A stretch of DNA of 62,939 bases, filler included, from Choristocarpus tenellus KU-1152 (taxonomy: Eukaryota > Protista > Phaeophyceae): the NCBI GenBank assembly GCA_964200185.2. It is 9 parts of 9 records of this genome, joined end to end, with 100 filler letters (N's around TTAATTAATTAA, not from the genome) between each part and the next. Parts side by side here need not be neighbours in the genome. Positions count along the whole stretch, not along the records: positions 1 to 8,788 come from CAXNAD020004332.1; positions 8,889 to 14,740 come from CAXNAD020009593.1; 7 more parts are not named here. One strand, 5' to 3'. Below the pieces are notes generated by a model, which was not told where the DNA came from, ran no database searches, and was given only the letters and a program-made list of their open reading frames with translations. Made by a program: the position numbers and the translations under genes. Positions 1 to 13,229 of this stretch are shown here, piece after piece. Numbering within the stretch: the first letter of the stretch is position 1; each line of letters begins with the position of its first letter.

Positions 1-189
1 CACCTAAATTTAATCGATCATCACTCTAGAGACACCAAGCAATCTCGCTGGGTTTATCACCTTTATCCTCTTTGATGATTTTGGGGATACTTTAACAACC
101 TCTTCGCCTACAAGACTTCAAACCTCTACACAGAACACTTCACGGCTACCAGAGATCCATGCAATTCAAGTTTTGAACAATTGCTGCAA

Positions 190-575
190 CTATCAGGGAC
201 AGGTTTCTTTTTTGTGAACTGCCACACACATTTTGTGGATATGGCGGCCGTCCATGTACATATGCGCGCGCCAACTACGTCATCGAATTTGCCCATATCG
301 ACCAGTCCACAAACCCAGACACACCCATAAGATCCGGATTTGACCAAACAGTTAAAAGGACTATCAGAATGAAGATCCTATCCGATTCTGACTTATGCAT
401 TTGCTGCTGTGCTGTTCCTCAGTCATTCTGTGTCATCTGTTGTCCACTAAGGTTTGGTTCTGTTCTGAATTTCCTCTGCTGACGTTGGGGTACCGGACCA
501 AGACCTGTGCAACTCGATCTCACCCTCTCAGGTGGAAGAGTTCAATCTGGTGATGTGATTGCCCCCTTTTACAGA
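190..575 (-). repeat. Dispersed repeat, copy 1 (second copy at about 26285-26670 in opposite orientation)
   Basis: The reverse complement aligns by eye with 26285-26670 over about 380 bp, e.g. actgtttggtcaaatccggatc(t/c)tatgggtgtgtctgg and gaggaaattcagaacagaaccaaa. The two copies lie on different contigs. Confidence 0.8.
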
Positions 576-1159
576 GAGTTTTGGCACCTTGACACTTCCA
601 CAGTGGTACACACGTCGAGGTTCGAACCCAGGAGCTCGGCTTGGTTAGAGCCAAAAACAGGATAGTTCCTCGAAAGCGAGCGAAAATACACTTCAAAGTT
701 TAGCAACAAGGTCAGTGTTATTCTTTGTTCATTGTCAATCAACACCGAATTGTCTACAGTCCTTTTCCTACCCAATATTTCGGTTTGAGTCCAAATCTGT
801 ATGACAGATGGAGTGCTAATAACAAAGGTACAGTTAGGCAACAACTAATCATTGGATTTCTCTGTTCGGTGCTTGAGGTCAGGTTCGAGGTAGCTTTGAG
901 TGCTGAAACCACCAGTCTGTAGTCTTCGAGTGGGGAGCATGTGAAGTCCAGTTCAATTTTCTCTACTGTATGTTGGTGGAGGTACTTACACGAAGTTTCT
1001 TTGGAATCGTAAGTATCGTTCAGGACTGCGGAACCGTTTGCCAGTCTGGGGTACTGTGTACTGAGTTAAAGTAAATGATTGGCACCAAAAAAGTTGCATT
1101 TAAAAGATGTTACGACACAAATGTACAAAAAATTCTTCTTTTTTTACAAATGTGTATAC

Positions 1160-1580
1160 AGCGGTCTGGGATTGTCCCGTCATAACCTTTGATGTAGACA
1201 TCTGATTAAAAAAATGAAGCATTTCGTGATGCCTGTTACAAGGCCTCCAGAGCACGGATTTCGTTTTTTTTCTTTATTGTTATTTTTTTTAAGAAAGAGC
1301 GTTCATATTGGGGCTCGAATCCTGGATTGTAGGTCACCAAGAGTGACAACAGTTTGCACTATTACTTGATTAAAGTACAGAGTTTAGACGGGAAAAAAGT
1401 CTCGCTACCCTTTCTTTCTGTGTGTTCGCGTACCCACTCTTTGACCTCGCCAAGGATGTCCTCGTCAAGGTCCAGAACGAAACGCCTCTCATAGCGCCCT
1501 TGCTCTGACACCTTATTAGGAAGTCTCTCTACCATTTACCCACAGTTTCCGACCTGACCATCGCATATCCTGCTGCTCTC
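1160..1580 (-). mobile_element. Decayed DDE (IS630/Tc1-mariner-related) transposase fragment
   Basis: The minus strand reads QGRYERRFVLDLDEDILGEVKEWVREHTERKG..LCTLI..LL..PGF and later DVYIKGYD, with stops. This resembles the recalled QGxYxR/DExL..WVRE..KG/KGxYxDGHE pattern of a widespread eukaryotic transposase family. The upstream 1600-2900 region may be more of the same element. Confidence 0.45.
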
Positions 1581-4559
1581 TCGAGCGCCGTTTAATGATC
1601 TTTCCGGTCGTTCATACACACATACAGGATTCGCAGTGTTAGAGCCTCTTAGCTATCACATTTCCTTGTTAAGCGCCGGAAATGGGCGTTGTCCTTGTTT
1701 CCTGGACTGGTGATATTTTATCAAGGCGCAAGGGTGAGGGAGGACAGGCCTGAGGTGATCGAAAATTGTGTTGATTTCTCGAACGAATGCAGGTTGGGAG
1801 AAAGTCTTAATCAACTTTATACGTCCAACCCCAAGTCCAGGAGCAAGAGTGATGTACGGCATCTTGCAAGAAGCGGGAAACACCAAACCATTGTTGTGCA
1901 AATAGTCTCAATCTCACCTCCTCTTCTTCCCAGGCGTCCTCACCGATGGCTACCTCCACCTGCTTCGTGACCTCTTCCAAGTAAATGATTTGGTGGTATC
2001 GATGTGTCTCCACAGCTGCCTTTGTTACGATCGTTTTCTCCTCCACCTTGCGAGCCCTTTCGACACTCCTTCGGACTCCAGAGCCCTTGTAGCCCAACCC
2101 TAAACACCTTCTTTTTCGTTTCCTTAAACCACTCCGACTTGCACAGCTTCCAAACAGCCAGGGCCTGCTGCGACTGTCGACTACTAAGATATCATACACC
2201 CCCAGGTTTTCACTTAAGCGTTTCCTTATCACAATGGCATGCAGTCGCACTGCTCTCCTCCCCAACCTTCCCTTCGGCCGGCCACTCTGTTTCCTTCGCC
2301 CACCGTGACCAGGCTTCACCACACAGACTTTGTCACTGTACCACCTGGTGATGGACTCGCCACTCTCTTCCAGTTTTCTGAGGTGGCAGAGACTGCAGAG
2401 CAGTTCTCCGACGTGATTGAAAACCTAATGATGTTTGTGTGGTAATGCGTTCAATGCATCTTCTCTCAGCGTCAGTGTCGCGACCACGTGGTCCATTTCA
2501 CGATTTGATCATGCTGCTGTACCACACTACTGGCACTTTCTTGTCACCTATGTTCATCACACTGAGTTTCACACGGTACTCGTTTTTCCGGCCCCTCTCG
2601 ACAGAGAAGGTGCCAAGGGTAGATCCAGGGGGAAGAGTGGCCTTGGCGGCTCTCCTTGTCTCACCGTCGTGGTTCATGTTGTTGTGTACGTCACGTGTGT
2701 GTGTGCTCACAGAAAGTCTGCAAAAGGCGTTAAGAAGAGGAAATTTTTCTTGTTTTCTTCTTTTTCTTTTCGGTAGGGCCGCACCAGCCGAACTTGGGCA
2801 GCGACCTACCCCAGACCAGTTTTCTTCAAGGAGTTCAGCTAACCACTTAATTTTTGTACATTTTGAAGTTGTGACCTTCAAAATTGTGCCGGAGATATTC
2901 CCCTGCGTTTTTTTCCCATTATTTTATCGGGACATAGTTCCCGTTTACCGAAATTTGTACATTCCTGCATACAAACCTTTAGAAGCCGATGTCATACATT
3001 TTAATTTGATATATATATATTGTTGTATGTCTGTTTCGGCGACACGATGGAAAAGAGAAAAACTGCCACAGAGGGCGAAGCTCTTGGTGCCACCTTCGCA
3101 TATTTTCTGAATTGTGTCGGAAAAATTCAAACAATAGAGAGAAATAAACGCTCTCAAGTCAAACTTAGAACTTTAAACATAGAGATTTGGGTGAATTGCA
3201 AAAGATTGAGAACAGACTTCAAATGAAAATTGACCAAACTTGGGTATCTCTCGTGCACTTTAACTCACCATCGGTGGACCTCTCCTTGGGTTGAACCCCC
3301 ACCGTCCCGTTGTGCTCAAGCTGGTTGCCCAGGGCACCCTCATCCAGACTAGTTGGTGGAATATTGATATTTCTCCTTGGTGTCCGGATTGGAGTGTGTG
3401 CTGTCTCCCCTGGGCCACATGTCTTCCCTTTACCCTCCTCGTTCTGTTTTTTTTTCTTGTCTTTGCCTACTTCTTTGGTTAAGGTACCATTGATAAGGAT
3501 CTCTTTCCTGGTGGTTTCCACTTAGACTGTCGGCACGAGTAACGCTGTTGTGAATCACTGGTCTAATCAGTCGTAGGAGGTGGTCTGTTAGTACATAAAA
3601 GCTGCTCTCTCTGTGGTACATTGCTAAAGATTAGTGCACTAACTCAGTGAGGACCGTTGCTTTGTCCACTAGTAATTTTTCCTTAATGTGTAAGAACCCA
3701 CATCTCTTGTAAATGAACCTGCTGGGTATATGATCATGACTTGCCGTTCCAATTTGCACAGTCATAGTTGTGTTTGATCCTTGGATCGGTAGAATGTATC
3801 CACCATACAAACTCAGTACATCACCACTCATGTGACACATATGTATTGACTCAGAAATAGACTTGATTTTTTTTTCTTCTTTACAGGGCAAGATAACCCT
3901 GGTATTGTAGTTGCTAAGGTGTAGCCCATTTTGAAACCTCGAAGTCCCTCTGCAGTAAAGTGTACATTCTTGCACACTTGGAAGAGATATATTTGTAGTT
4001 TAAACATTTACAGCTCCAAATACAAGGTAACAAGCCTCTACTCGGAGCATGCCTCACTATCCTCGACTAGGTGACTGAATGGTGCCGTACTGTACAGTAC
4101 TCAACAAGGCTCTTCATAGAGCACACTATTGGACATATCACATTGAACTCCATCTGTGCTCCAGCGCACTTGTTCACCTCTTCGTATTACAAGACTTGAA
4201 TTCTCTTCACATAACACTTCACCAGAATCGACAATTCAAGGTTTTAACAGGTTATGTGAGCTGTCTACACCTGACCAACCAACACGTTCTTGTCCTGTAC
4301 TACCCTCTCAACGCCTTTCCCACACCCAATGCTGAGCTCTTCTTTCACCATCACCATGAATGTATGGGTGATGAATCTGCCAGGACGCATACAAGCTAGA
4401 CCTCAGTGGCATCCTGAGCTGTGTGGCGCCTGGGCAAACTTTGTTCTGATGGAATCCAGCTCCCACCCTCTCCCTAACACTGGTACCCTGTCTCTACATT
4501 TACATTCGATGCTCTCTCCGACCCCCCTTTGCCTCCTTCCAGCTCTCCTCACTGCACCT

Positions 4560-4960
4560 ATGCCGAACAATGACAAAATTTTCAATATTGTGTTTGTCAC
4601 CTGTTTGGGACCAGCGAAAGACCTTCTCCATATACTTCAGCAACTTTATGAATCTACGCTCAACAACGAACTTGTGGTCTGGAAAGATCTAAAGAACGAA
4701 TACAAAGCCATCACAGAACAGCAGATGTGAACTGTCCATTGTTGATTTGAGCACTGCACCATGGAGCCTGGGGGGGACCCCGACCAATGACTACTTCGCC
4801 TCTAGAGGGCCAAAGATTAACTTATAGGGTTCTGGGAAACAATGGGCGACTTCCATCTGCATGGCTGCACTCATCGCTGGACTGTCGTCCGACTACGATG
4901 ACCTCTGGAGCCAAGTCATTCAATTCAAACTTCACAAGGACTCGGTCATCTCAGCCATCT
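4560..4960 (+). mobile_element. Ty1/Copia gag (UBN2-type) remnant
   Basis: Broken frames give VWKDLKNEYKAITEQQM*..FEHCTMEPGGDPDQ*LLRL..ETMGDFHL/AALIAGLSSDYDDL, matching the Copia gag pattern M.pG.DPD..L.RL...L.GL..eY. Confidence 0.6.
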
Positions 4961-5404
4961 GTGCAACCTGCAACAATCACCTCAACCTCAGAATTTCCAA
5001 CGAGGCGCTCTCTGCCAAGGCTCCACCATATCCCCTCTACAATCAACCTTGACATCATCCACGCCACCACCCTACGCATCGCTCCCCCTCACCCCCCCTA
5101 TCTGCCACGATTCCTCCTCGACAACGCCCCTAGTGCTCATTTCAAGGACAAACTAACCAGTTGTATCCAAGGGGGGTTTGCTTCAACAAAACCCAAATTG
5201 GTATGTGACTTTGCGCTTTCCTGCTCCACGAAGATGGTGTATCCTTCCCGCCTGGGCAAGCGGGCCTTGATTGCCGGGATGACATCGTTAATCGTGAGCA
5301 TCTCTTACCTCTCCCCATCCACCATGGCTGGCACAAGCACCTTGGTACTCTTGGGGTGGTGTTTGCTGGACTGCTGAGCGACTTTGTGTCCACGATTGAC
5401 CACA

Positions 5405-5683
5405 GACCGGAAGCATTTAAGAGGGTCCAAAGCATTTAAGAGGGTAGGAGTTTTGCCCTGTTTATCCGTTCGGGGCTTGGCTTCCCACAGGTTTTTAGTG
5501 CCTTTTTTCGGTTTTCTCTCAGTGAACAAAGTTACATAAAATTTATGCGATTATGAATTATGTGTCCGGATCAAGGATGTTGACACTTGCTAACAAACAC
5601 GATAGTCAAAATTAATCAAAATCGCAACCTTGGATTTCGTACCCCAAATGGATGTGGCTCTATCGTCTAAGATACTTTGGCTC
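5405..5683. mobile_element. MITE family A copy (nested in mariner)
   Basis: Family A body, with right TIR tctaagatactttggctc. The left TIR segment aagcatttaagagggt is tandemly duplicated (5411-5426 and 5430-5445). Confidence 0.85.
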
Positions 5684-6309
5684 AGATCCCTATCTTCCCA
5701 TCGAACCACGCCCCATTGGAGAGCTTCCTAGGGCGGGCCACAGCTGCAAGAAGCATCAGCTTCGTAATATAACGCTTCTTCTGTGCCCATGGGGGTTTGG
5801 GGGGATCCTCAGTGGGATGCAGGTACACACCTTGCCCATCTTTGAGGATGTAAAACCACTTCTCATCCACATGCACCCAGTAACATAGATCGTTCACTAA
5901 TACCCCACTTCCCCCCCTCCTGGGCGTGTGGCTGATGATCAAACCTGCCCTCTGGTCTGAGAGGACTGGCTTAATACACCACTTGACTTTCTACATCTTC
6001 TCGTGCTTGCACAAATCCCACAATGAGGCAAGGGAGAACCCTGCTTTGACTGTCCTTGTGGAAGGATGTATGTGTACGAATGGGACATCCCAAATTTGAG
6101 GGTACTTGTATGGCGGTCACGCCACCCCTTGCAATGTCGTACAAGGTCCATGCATTCACCCCATGCGACCTAGCTGTCACACTCTTTCAGATGATAAAAC
6201 AAGGCGATTCGGGAAATTCTGAAGTCCTCCACAACGGCTGCTGCTGTCACCTGAGGTATCCGAGTCTTGTGCCCTCTTGCCTCCAGGCTTCGTGTCCCCA
6301 TGCTGTTCT

Positions 6310-6483
6310 GACTCAAATAATCTGGGGGGGGGAGGGGTCTACACCAGGGTGTCCATTCGGGCCCTGACCAGGAAAAGTGCACTTATATCCATCCTACTCG
6401 TGCAATCAAATCACCCAAAAATCGCGATATGGAAAAATGTGCTCCAAATGGACTGACGCAACCCCCCCCAGATACTTTAAGCC
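6310..6483. mobile_element. MITE family B copy (nested in mariner)
   Basis: TIRs gactcaaataatctggggg / cccccagatactttaagcc; flanks TTCT/TTCC. Confidence 0.85.
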
Positions 6484-6979
6484 TTCCTTCATCGGGATGT
6501 TTGAGTCTGGACCCTAGACAGACTTCTGGGCCGAAGAATTGGGACCAACGGGTGACGACAGGATGAGCAAGTTGCTCAAATGACGGAGGGGCCTTGCCAT
6601 AGGCATCCCAATAAACACTCACTTTGACAGTTTCACGAGGTTATTAAACCCTGTCTCAAATGCGAATTGGTCGTCTTTGCCCTGGTGATCCTCCACAGTC
6701 ATGACAGCCCACCATCCCAAACTTTGCACGCCTCCCAATCTATGTGAGAACTAAGCCTAATCCAGACGGTTTACTATGTGGGATATTCCTGGGCGAGAAT
6801 GGAGCATACCAAAGTCATGTTACATTTAATCCTGAGTGGAGGAAGCATTATGTATCAATGGCAAAGATTTCTGATTTTGGGTGGTGATGACAGCCATTGG
6901 GTAGCGTTGATGGAACAGTGGTGAAGTGGACAGGAAGAGGATGAAGGTGAGGGAGAAATGTGTGATCTGACAAGGAGGA

Positions 6980-7430
6980 TGTGTTACAGCGCGCCCCCGA
7001 ACTCACCTCCACAGGATGTGTAACTCAAACCCAACAACCTTAAAACGACGCTACACAGGGGTCCACAGATGATAACCATGTATGGTGTCAGTTGATGCTT
7101 AGCTCTGTCGATGTGTCACTTTTCGCTTTATCAAAAGAGGGCAAGGATCAAAGAACTGAGTAGTGTGGTCAACAACTCAGCCTTTTATTAACATCATTCA
7201 CCGTTTTTCTACAGCCAAAGAGTTAAATGACGTCTGCAAACTGCAGTGTAAATGCTCCAATCATAAAGGAATTGACATCTATTCTGTAAGGTTAGGTATG
7301 CATTTCGAATCTTATTCTGCATCTTTTATCAATTCAAAGTTCCTCTCATGTGAATTCTTACGTATGTATACTGTTCGCGCATTTCGACACGCTCAAAGAA
7401 ATGCTCACGCAATTCGCCTGTAACAGATGG
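6980..7430. repeat. Old dispersed repeat, copy 1 (related to 8960-9380)
   Basis: Shared blocks acctccac(a/g)ggatgt, atctta(t/c)tctgca and agaaat(g/a)ctcacgc(a/t)attcgcctgtaacaga occur at similar spacing in both copies. Confidence 0.55.
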
Positions 7431-7872
7431 TGGTCAAGGCACCCTTAAGATAGTGCGGGCAACTGTACGAGCAAGATGCAAGGACAAACATCAACATGAA
7501 ACGCCCTGAACAGCTACAGTTCAAGTCTGACCCTTGAATTGGAGTCGTTCAAAACCCAACCAAACCAATGAGAGTCATTCATGATGACCTCTAAGAACAA
7601 GAATAACTCAAAAGGATCTGAGTCAGATACAACGACCCCATTCGAATTCTTCTCAGAACTGGAACAGAAGATCTACGGTGATGCATCAACGAAACGGAAG
7701 AGGGCTGCCGGAAATACACTCCACAAGAAAATTGGCCCTGGATGTGCATCCTTGGACTTGGAGACCCGGAAAGACCCTCGGTGAAATTCTTTATGAGAGA
7801 TGTGCCACGGAAGATATCCCTCATGGTTGGCAAGCAGGAAGGACCTCAACTGAAATTCTCAATCTAAGATGT

Positions 7873-8156
7873 GAGTGAAAGTATCTTAGAGGGTACGAGT
7901 TTTGCCCTATCTGTCCGTTGTTTGGGACTCAGCTTCCCACGGATTTTTTTAATGACATTTTCCTACTTCGAATTTTTTCGTAGTAGGTAAAATGTGTACG
8001 TTGTGAAAAATTGTGTCCGGAACGAAGATATTGACACTTCCTTAATATATATAAAATATTTGCAACAAACAGGATAACCAAAATTACATCAAAATCGCAA
8101 CATTGTATTTTGGACCCCAAACGGACGCGGCTCTACTCTCTAAGATACTTTCACTC
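7873..8156. mobile_element. MITE family A copy
   Basis: Near-perfect 23-bp TIRs gagtgaaagtatcttagagggta / tactctctaagatactttcactc; flanks TGT/TGT. Confidence 0.92.
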
Positions 8157-8649
8157 TGTGCCACCGGAGGTGTCCCTCTGACCTGTTTTCCACTGTATGT
8201 GCTCACCTTGAGTGATATGCACATACACCATTGTATAGCCACAACAGTGCCCCTATAATTGATGTGCTGAAAGCAATGCCTTAATTTGCTTTACCTGTTT
8301 ATGGGTGGTTGTGCCCTTTGGTGGTACCGCTATGCTACACGCAAGTTTTTGTTGGATGTAGATCTTGGTTGCTTTACCCTACATGTTTCATGTTTCATGT
8401 TGAGGTTAAAAGATACTATGATAGTTAATAGTAAGAAATAGAAGGTAATATTTTATTATATAGTATTCCCTAGAATTTAGCATCTTTTTAGTATTATTTA
8501 TGAAAGAGTAGTGTAGAATAGAAAATAGAAGTAGAGTGATGATGAATGGGGATCTATGTCATAAACATCGAGGTGATAACAACAATAATTATTTCCTGGA
8601 AGGCCATAGATAAAATGTTCTAACAATGTGTGGGTTTCATTACTGTTTG

Positions 8650-8788
8650 CATTTATTATTATTATGCCCTCTGACATTTTGCAGATGTGTCAAGGGAAAA
8701 CAAATGAAAACTATACATATGTTTTATATTATTATGCCCTCTGACATTTTGCAGATATGTCAGGGGAAAACCAATGAAAACTATATAC
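8650..8788. repeat. About 70-bp tandem repeat (2 copies) running into the contig end
   Basis: attattatgccctctgacattttgcagat(g/a)tgtca..gaaaac.aatgaaaactata occurs twice. The same unit recurs at about 44630 and about 44820. Confidence 0.85.
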
Positions 8789-8888
8789 NNNNNNNNNNNN
8801 NNNNNNNNNNNNNNNNNNNNNNNNNNNNNNNNTTAATTAATTAANNNNNNNNNNNNNNNNNNNNNNNNNNNNNNNNNNNNNNNNNNNN
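8789..8888. other. Artificial contig linker
   Basis: N44-TTAATTAATTAA-N44, 100 bp, with stops in all six frames. Confidence 0.98.
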
Positions 8889-8959
8889 CAGCAGGGGGGA
8901 GAGGGAGGGAGGGTATAGGAGGAAAGGAGCTGTCACATCCTACTTACAACAGATAGTGT

Positions 8960-9380
8960 CTTGCACCACACAGGCGTTTCCGGCACGCTCGAAAGCTTAC
9001 CTCCACGGGATGTATAGGTCCAGCCAACACACCTGCAGATAGCGCTGATGCCTGTACAGGACTCCTGAGATACTCTGACAGTCAAAAGGTCCAACGAGGA
9101 TGGTGAATATCTGGCCAGTAGGAGAAGATATACCCTTTATCAATGAGGATATTTCGACATGAATCAGGAGTGACAATGCATGTATTGTGAATTATTTATT
9201 AATTTTGAGCTTACAGACGCCGTAATACATCTGAAAACCGTTTTATTCCAAGTAGCAGATCTTACTCTGCAACTTCTAGCAAATCGGACATCCCCTTTTG
9301 GGGGTTCCGTGTGCGCGTTTATTGCTCGCATTAGTAAGAGCACGAGAAGAAATACTCACGCTATTCGCCTGTAACAGAGG
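8960..9380. repeat. Old dispersed repeat, copy 2 (related to 6980-7430)
   Basis: Same shared blocks as copy 1, ending in attcgcctgtaacag. Confidence 0.55.
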
Positions 9381-9989
9381 CGGCTCTCTCAAGACTCATT
9401 ATGCGTTTCAAGCTGGAGACACCAAGCAGATGGGTAAGGAGGGGCCCGTCAGGCTCTTGGAATGCTTCTCTAGCTCCTCGTCCTGTTGTGTAGGGCTAAG
9501 TTAGTTTAGAAGTATAGCAGCAGTGTACACCTAACATTTTAATTACCAAGCTTTAAGCGGGTGTCTGTGTTCCAATAGTGTGCGCAAGTTCATATTATGT
9601 ACACGAATAGTGTGTATGTAATATACACCCAGTATGTAAAAATTTGGTGAAACCGTTTGTTTTTTGTTTGTCATAAACGCAACACCTGCAAAAGCAGTTG
9701 TTTTTTGTTGTGTGGTGCAATGACTTTGTTTGGGGTGGGGTGGTGATGATGGGGTTTGAGGACATATTGCACGACAATTATGTTTACGAGGCTTGATAAC
9801 GTTGTGTTTGCTTGTGTGTACCACCAACGCACAAATATGTGAAGAAAAGAGTTGTGGCATAGAAAAAATATGGAGTAAGACATTTCGGCGTTTTGGTTCC
9901 ACTGAACCATGGATATTTTGTGATGATGCGGAGAAATGTAATGTTTGTTTCATCTCGTTCCCTACGAAGTAAATGCTTGCAGAGGATCC

Positions 9990-10440
9990 TTTGAAATACA
10001 AGAGAAGGGCGGTTGTCTTTGTGTTAAATATCCGGAAAGGGGTGCCAATGTCAATGTGGGTGTACTGTATGATCATTCATAGTGCATGGTCGTGCTAGGA
10101 GGCACACAGACATGTCAAAAATCATCAACGTAAAGGACCACAAGAGGACACACTCCAGGTAGTATATAGGAGCGTGTATCTGTCCTCATGGTGGTGGTTG
10201 AAAAAGTGTTTACGAATGATGTTGTGGTGTCAATATTCGTGCTGTTGGAAAAAATGTACTCTGCGCACAAGTGGTACTGGGTTAAATGCAGTTGTACAGT
10301 ACAAGTGCCATGCATGCACATGGGCGTATATGCACCATCAAAAATGACATGTTCCTCACCTGACGGAAGAGAATGGTGAACATTTGTGATCGGCAAGCTG
10401 GGAGTACTGGTGGAACATGTGCATACAAAATAGAGAAAAT
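9990..10440 (-). mobile_element. Highly degenerate Copia reverse transcriptase remnant
   Basis: RTDTRSYILPGVCPLVVLYVDDF resembles Copia DPCvY....lvlYVDDl, followed by a DIG motif. Many stops. Confidence 0.4.
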
Positions 10441-11279
10441 AGGTTTTGTAGGCCCAGTGTGAAAAGATTGTATCTCCCTGTTCTTGTGCGTGTCACATAT
10501 ATTTAGCATGCACTAAATTTCTACCTGTTTCTTCGTTGAACTCATTTTTTTATCTTGTTCATGTACACGATAGACAATGTCCTGCACAGTGGTCAGGACA
10601 GGCAGGAAAATCAACGCACACCATAATTTTGACACCATAGAAGATGTGTTATATTTCATGTCCCCCAGCTGGATCTGATCTAGCATTCTCTAACATGTCC
10701 CCACCATGTCAACTGGGTAATTATAACAGTCTGTGTCTGGTGGTCGGTCAGTCTAACGTTTTCTTGCTTGTCCGGATCATGACTATCGGTCAGTCTAAAC
10801 TTTTTTCTGGTATGTCTGGATCATGTCCACTACGTTTTGTACTAGTCCAACTGTGAAAAATGTGTACATGTATATGTTGAAGGTGAATACTCCAGTATAC
10901 GCATAATAGATAGTACTCTTTCGAATCATCTCCGGACTTCGTTGGTTCGAAATCAGGAAGAACATCAAATACGAGGAAGCATAATATGTACATAATTGTT
11001 TTTTATTTTTCATATTTACAATTTACGCATTTGACCCTTGACGAATGAGTGTGAGTGTGTACCATGTACTGTCAAAATACATCCTAAATAAAAAATTCGG
11101 GCACCAAAAGACAGAACACACAACGATGTATCCGTATTTAATTTTGAATTCTTTGACTCCAAGAAGGTAGTATAGAAAATAACATAGAAATATCATTTAT
11201 GTACTACTCAGCATATTTAGTACTTACAGTACCAGTACAGGATACAAGACACAAGTGGAGAGAATAGTAAATAGGGAGG

Positions 11280-11630
11280 CATGGCCATGGCGTGGTCGAC
11301 TCGAGTGGAAAAAAAAAATCCTGGTTGGCCATGGATAATCTTCTAACAAGCCCGAGTTCATATCCGTCACTACTTAACATGACCAAACCCACCAACCAGT
11401 CGTACAACCAGGTTCGGACATGACCAGGTCCACAGCCATCGACCATTTGGACACGATCGGGGCCGTCACCCGGCCATGTTCAACCAAGTTCAAGCACGAC
11501 CGAGTCCATGGCTATCAACCGTTTCAACATGATGACCAGACTGGGGGCCGGCCCTTGACCATATGGTCGTCAGTAGACATGCCAACAGCCTGGCCTGGTG
11601 AAAGTCCCTGACAACAACACCACAGGTCTG
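11280..11630. repeat. Degenerate GACCA/CATG-rich minisatellite-like tract
   Basis: Dense recurrence of catgacca, ggccatg, caacca and tggtc words, similar in vocabulary to the array at 62685-62939. Confidence 0.45.
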
Positions 11631-11723
11631 CCAAGTTTGTAGTAGCCAATACTAAAGATCGGTGATGTTGAAATATTTTTTTCTCATGTGTTACGCATGG
11701 TGGGTGTCAGCTTCAAAGGTTTT

Positions 11724-11962
11724 TCATGCCTCTGAACATTTTCCTCCTAGCTTTGACGCGCCCTTCAATCCTCCAATAATGAGTGGCACATCAATAGTTT
11801 CTGAGTGGACTTCATTTTCTGTATTCGGGAATATTCCTGCTGGTTCATAATTACAAAGACCAGCCTTCTTCCCAAACACGACATTACCCAAGCTCAAACG
11901 CCAGTAGTTATCTCTATACCCGATTCTGTCTGTCCATGCTGTGCTTTCCCCAGATGCCTTGC
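11724..11962 (-). CDS. Candidate terminal exon of an unidentified gene
   Basis: Pyrimidine-rich acceptor cttttcctggctctaccag, then about 79 open codons (KASGESTAWTDRIGYRDNYWRLSLGNVVFGKKAGLCNYEP...KCSEA*) ending in TGA. It is absent from the ORF track because the stretch from the first start codon to the stop is under 60 aa. Confidence 0.4.
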
Positions 11963-13229
11963 CTGGTAGAGCCAGGAAAAGGTCACAACTGACTGGGGAA
12001 ATTAAGTTGCTGGTTTCCTTTCATTATGTACAGTTTGGTAGTAGTGTGTTTTTGTATAGTGGCTGATTTGTTTGATGATAGATGGAACCTGGGCTGTAAC
12101 TCTTCGCGCAGAGGCACACACACTGAAGCAGATAAATTCGTTATACTATGAAAATTGACAATAGCTAGTTCATTATTGTGTCAATTCTGTTTTATTCCCA
12201 TGAAATCTTTACTACAATACTGACTGCGCGTGTGAGGTAGGAAGCACATGCCATCATAATGCGTGTGTGTAGAGCTGTGTAATATACGTGCGTACACTTA
12301 CACGTGCACACACACCTAACAAATATACCTCGGCGTACTTGTATTTGAATACATGCTGTGAATGACATGAGTCGAGTCACAACAATCGCTCTACAAATCT
12401 CTTGCACAGTCAATAGATTGTTGACTCCCTTGTACGCTACAAAGTATATGTTGGAAATCGTGGGCATCTTTGGAAAATATATGCTCTCCTCACTTGTTAT
12501 CCTTCAATCCAGGCCTGTACTGAACTAACAGATATATCAACCTCCTTGATTCTACTGGCTAAATGCACCAATGGCCACTAGGCTACATATAGCACTAAAC
12601 AAGAGTGATGTCTGTTACTGCACTGAGTTAATTCACCTAGTTGGGATGATTTTGTGGGCTCAATGCTCAAGAATGCAGATAGCAGCTGACACCCCAATGA
12701 ATAGGCAAGCTCATACAGCTGGATCACCGCCTTAGATGATCCCCAGATGAGTATCATCGCTGGTTGTAAATAAGACCAAGCAGGGCTACAGAAGAGGAAC
12801 TGACTTGCTCAGAATAAAATAAATAAATAAAGAGCCCACAAATCCAATATTGGAAAAGCGTCATATAGAAGCATTGCCTAAAACATTACATGGCATCCTG
12901 AAACAACGCAGTTGGACAGAAGTGCCATAATATCAGCCCTCTATCCAGTCTTCAGGGAATTTCGTTTTCAACATATCATTGGCCGAGTATACAACAGGGG
13001 TGTCACTCGTTAGTTCAGAAGACGCTATGAACTTACATGCCATCATGCCACAAATAATAAAACAGACCAAGAGAAAAGATAAGGGGCGGAGGAGAAAAGA
13101 TATAAACACCACCCACAACAAGCAGAACAGTTTATAGTGCTTGATCAGTGGCCAAACTGACACATCCTTACCTACCAGAGGTACTATTAGAGAGGTATGA
13201 ACCGCCCCCTTCTACTTCTCGCTTGATCC

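Larger units (their letters stand above)
5195..6845 (-). mobile_element. Plant-type mariner (Tc1/mariner) transposon, decayed, with two nested MITEs
   Basis: WVHVDEKWFY, ITKLMLLAAVARPR, WFDGKIGI and TIFVEQESAKSH motifs. The 5' TIR at about 6810-6845 matches the TIR of the copy at 15125-16909. Interrupted at 5405-5683 and 6310-6483. Confidence 0.9.

Noticed and set aside
2439-3110. 223-aa + strand ORF
   Set aside because: No recognisable motif; it is mostly antisense to the decayed coding-like element on the minus strand.
3219-3521. Lys/Glu-rich 100-aa minus ORF as a possible exon
   Set aside because: No convincing splice-site pair or partner exon, and no family motif.
4787-5377. 196-aa + strand ORF
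   Set aside because: It is a chimera of an off-frame Copia remnant and the antisense of a mariner transposase.
7581-7860. Possible piggyBac transposase fragment (TPFEFF, WRPGKTLGEIL)
   Set aside because: Two short motifs only; no DDD core, TIR or TTAA support.
8833-8844. TTAATTAATTAA palindrome repeated eight times (possible regulatory or recombination site)
   Set aside because: It is always centred in exactly 44+44 N, so it is a synthetic six-frame-stop linker, not biology.
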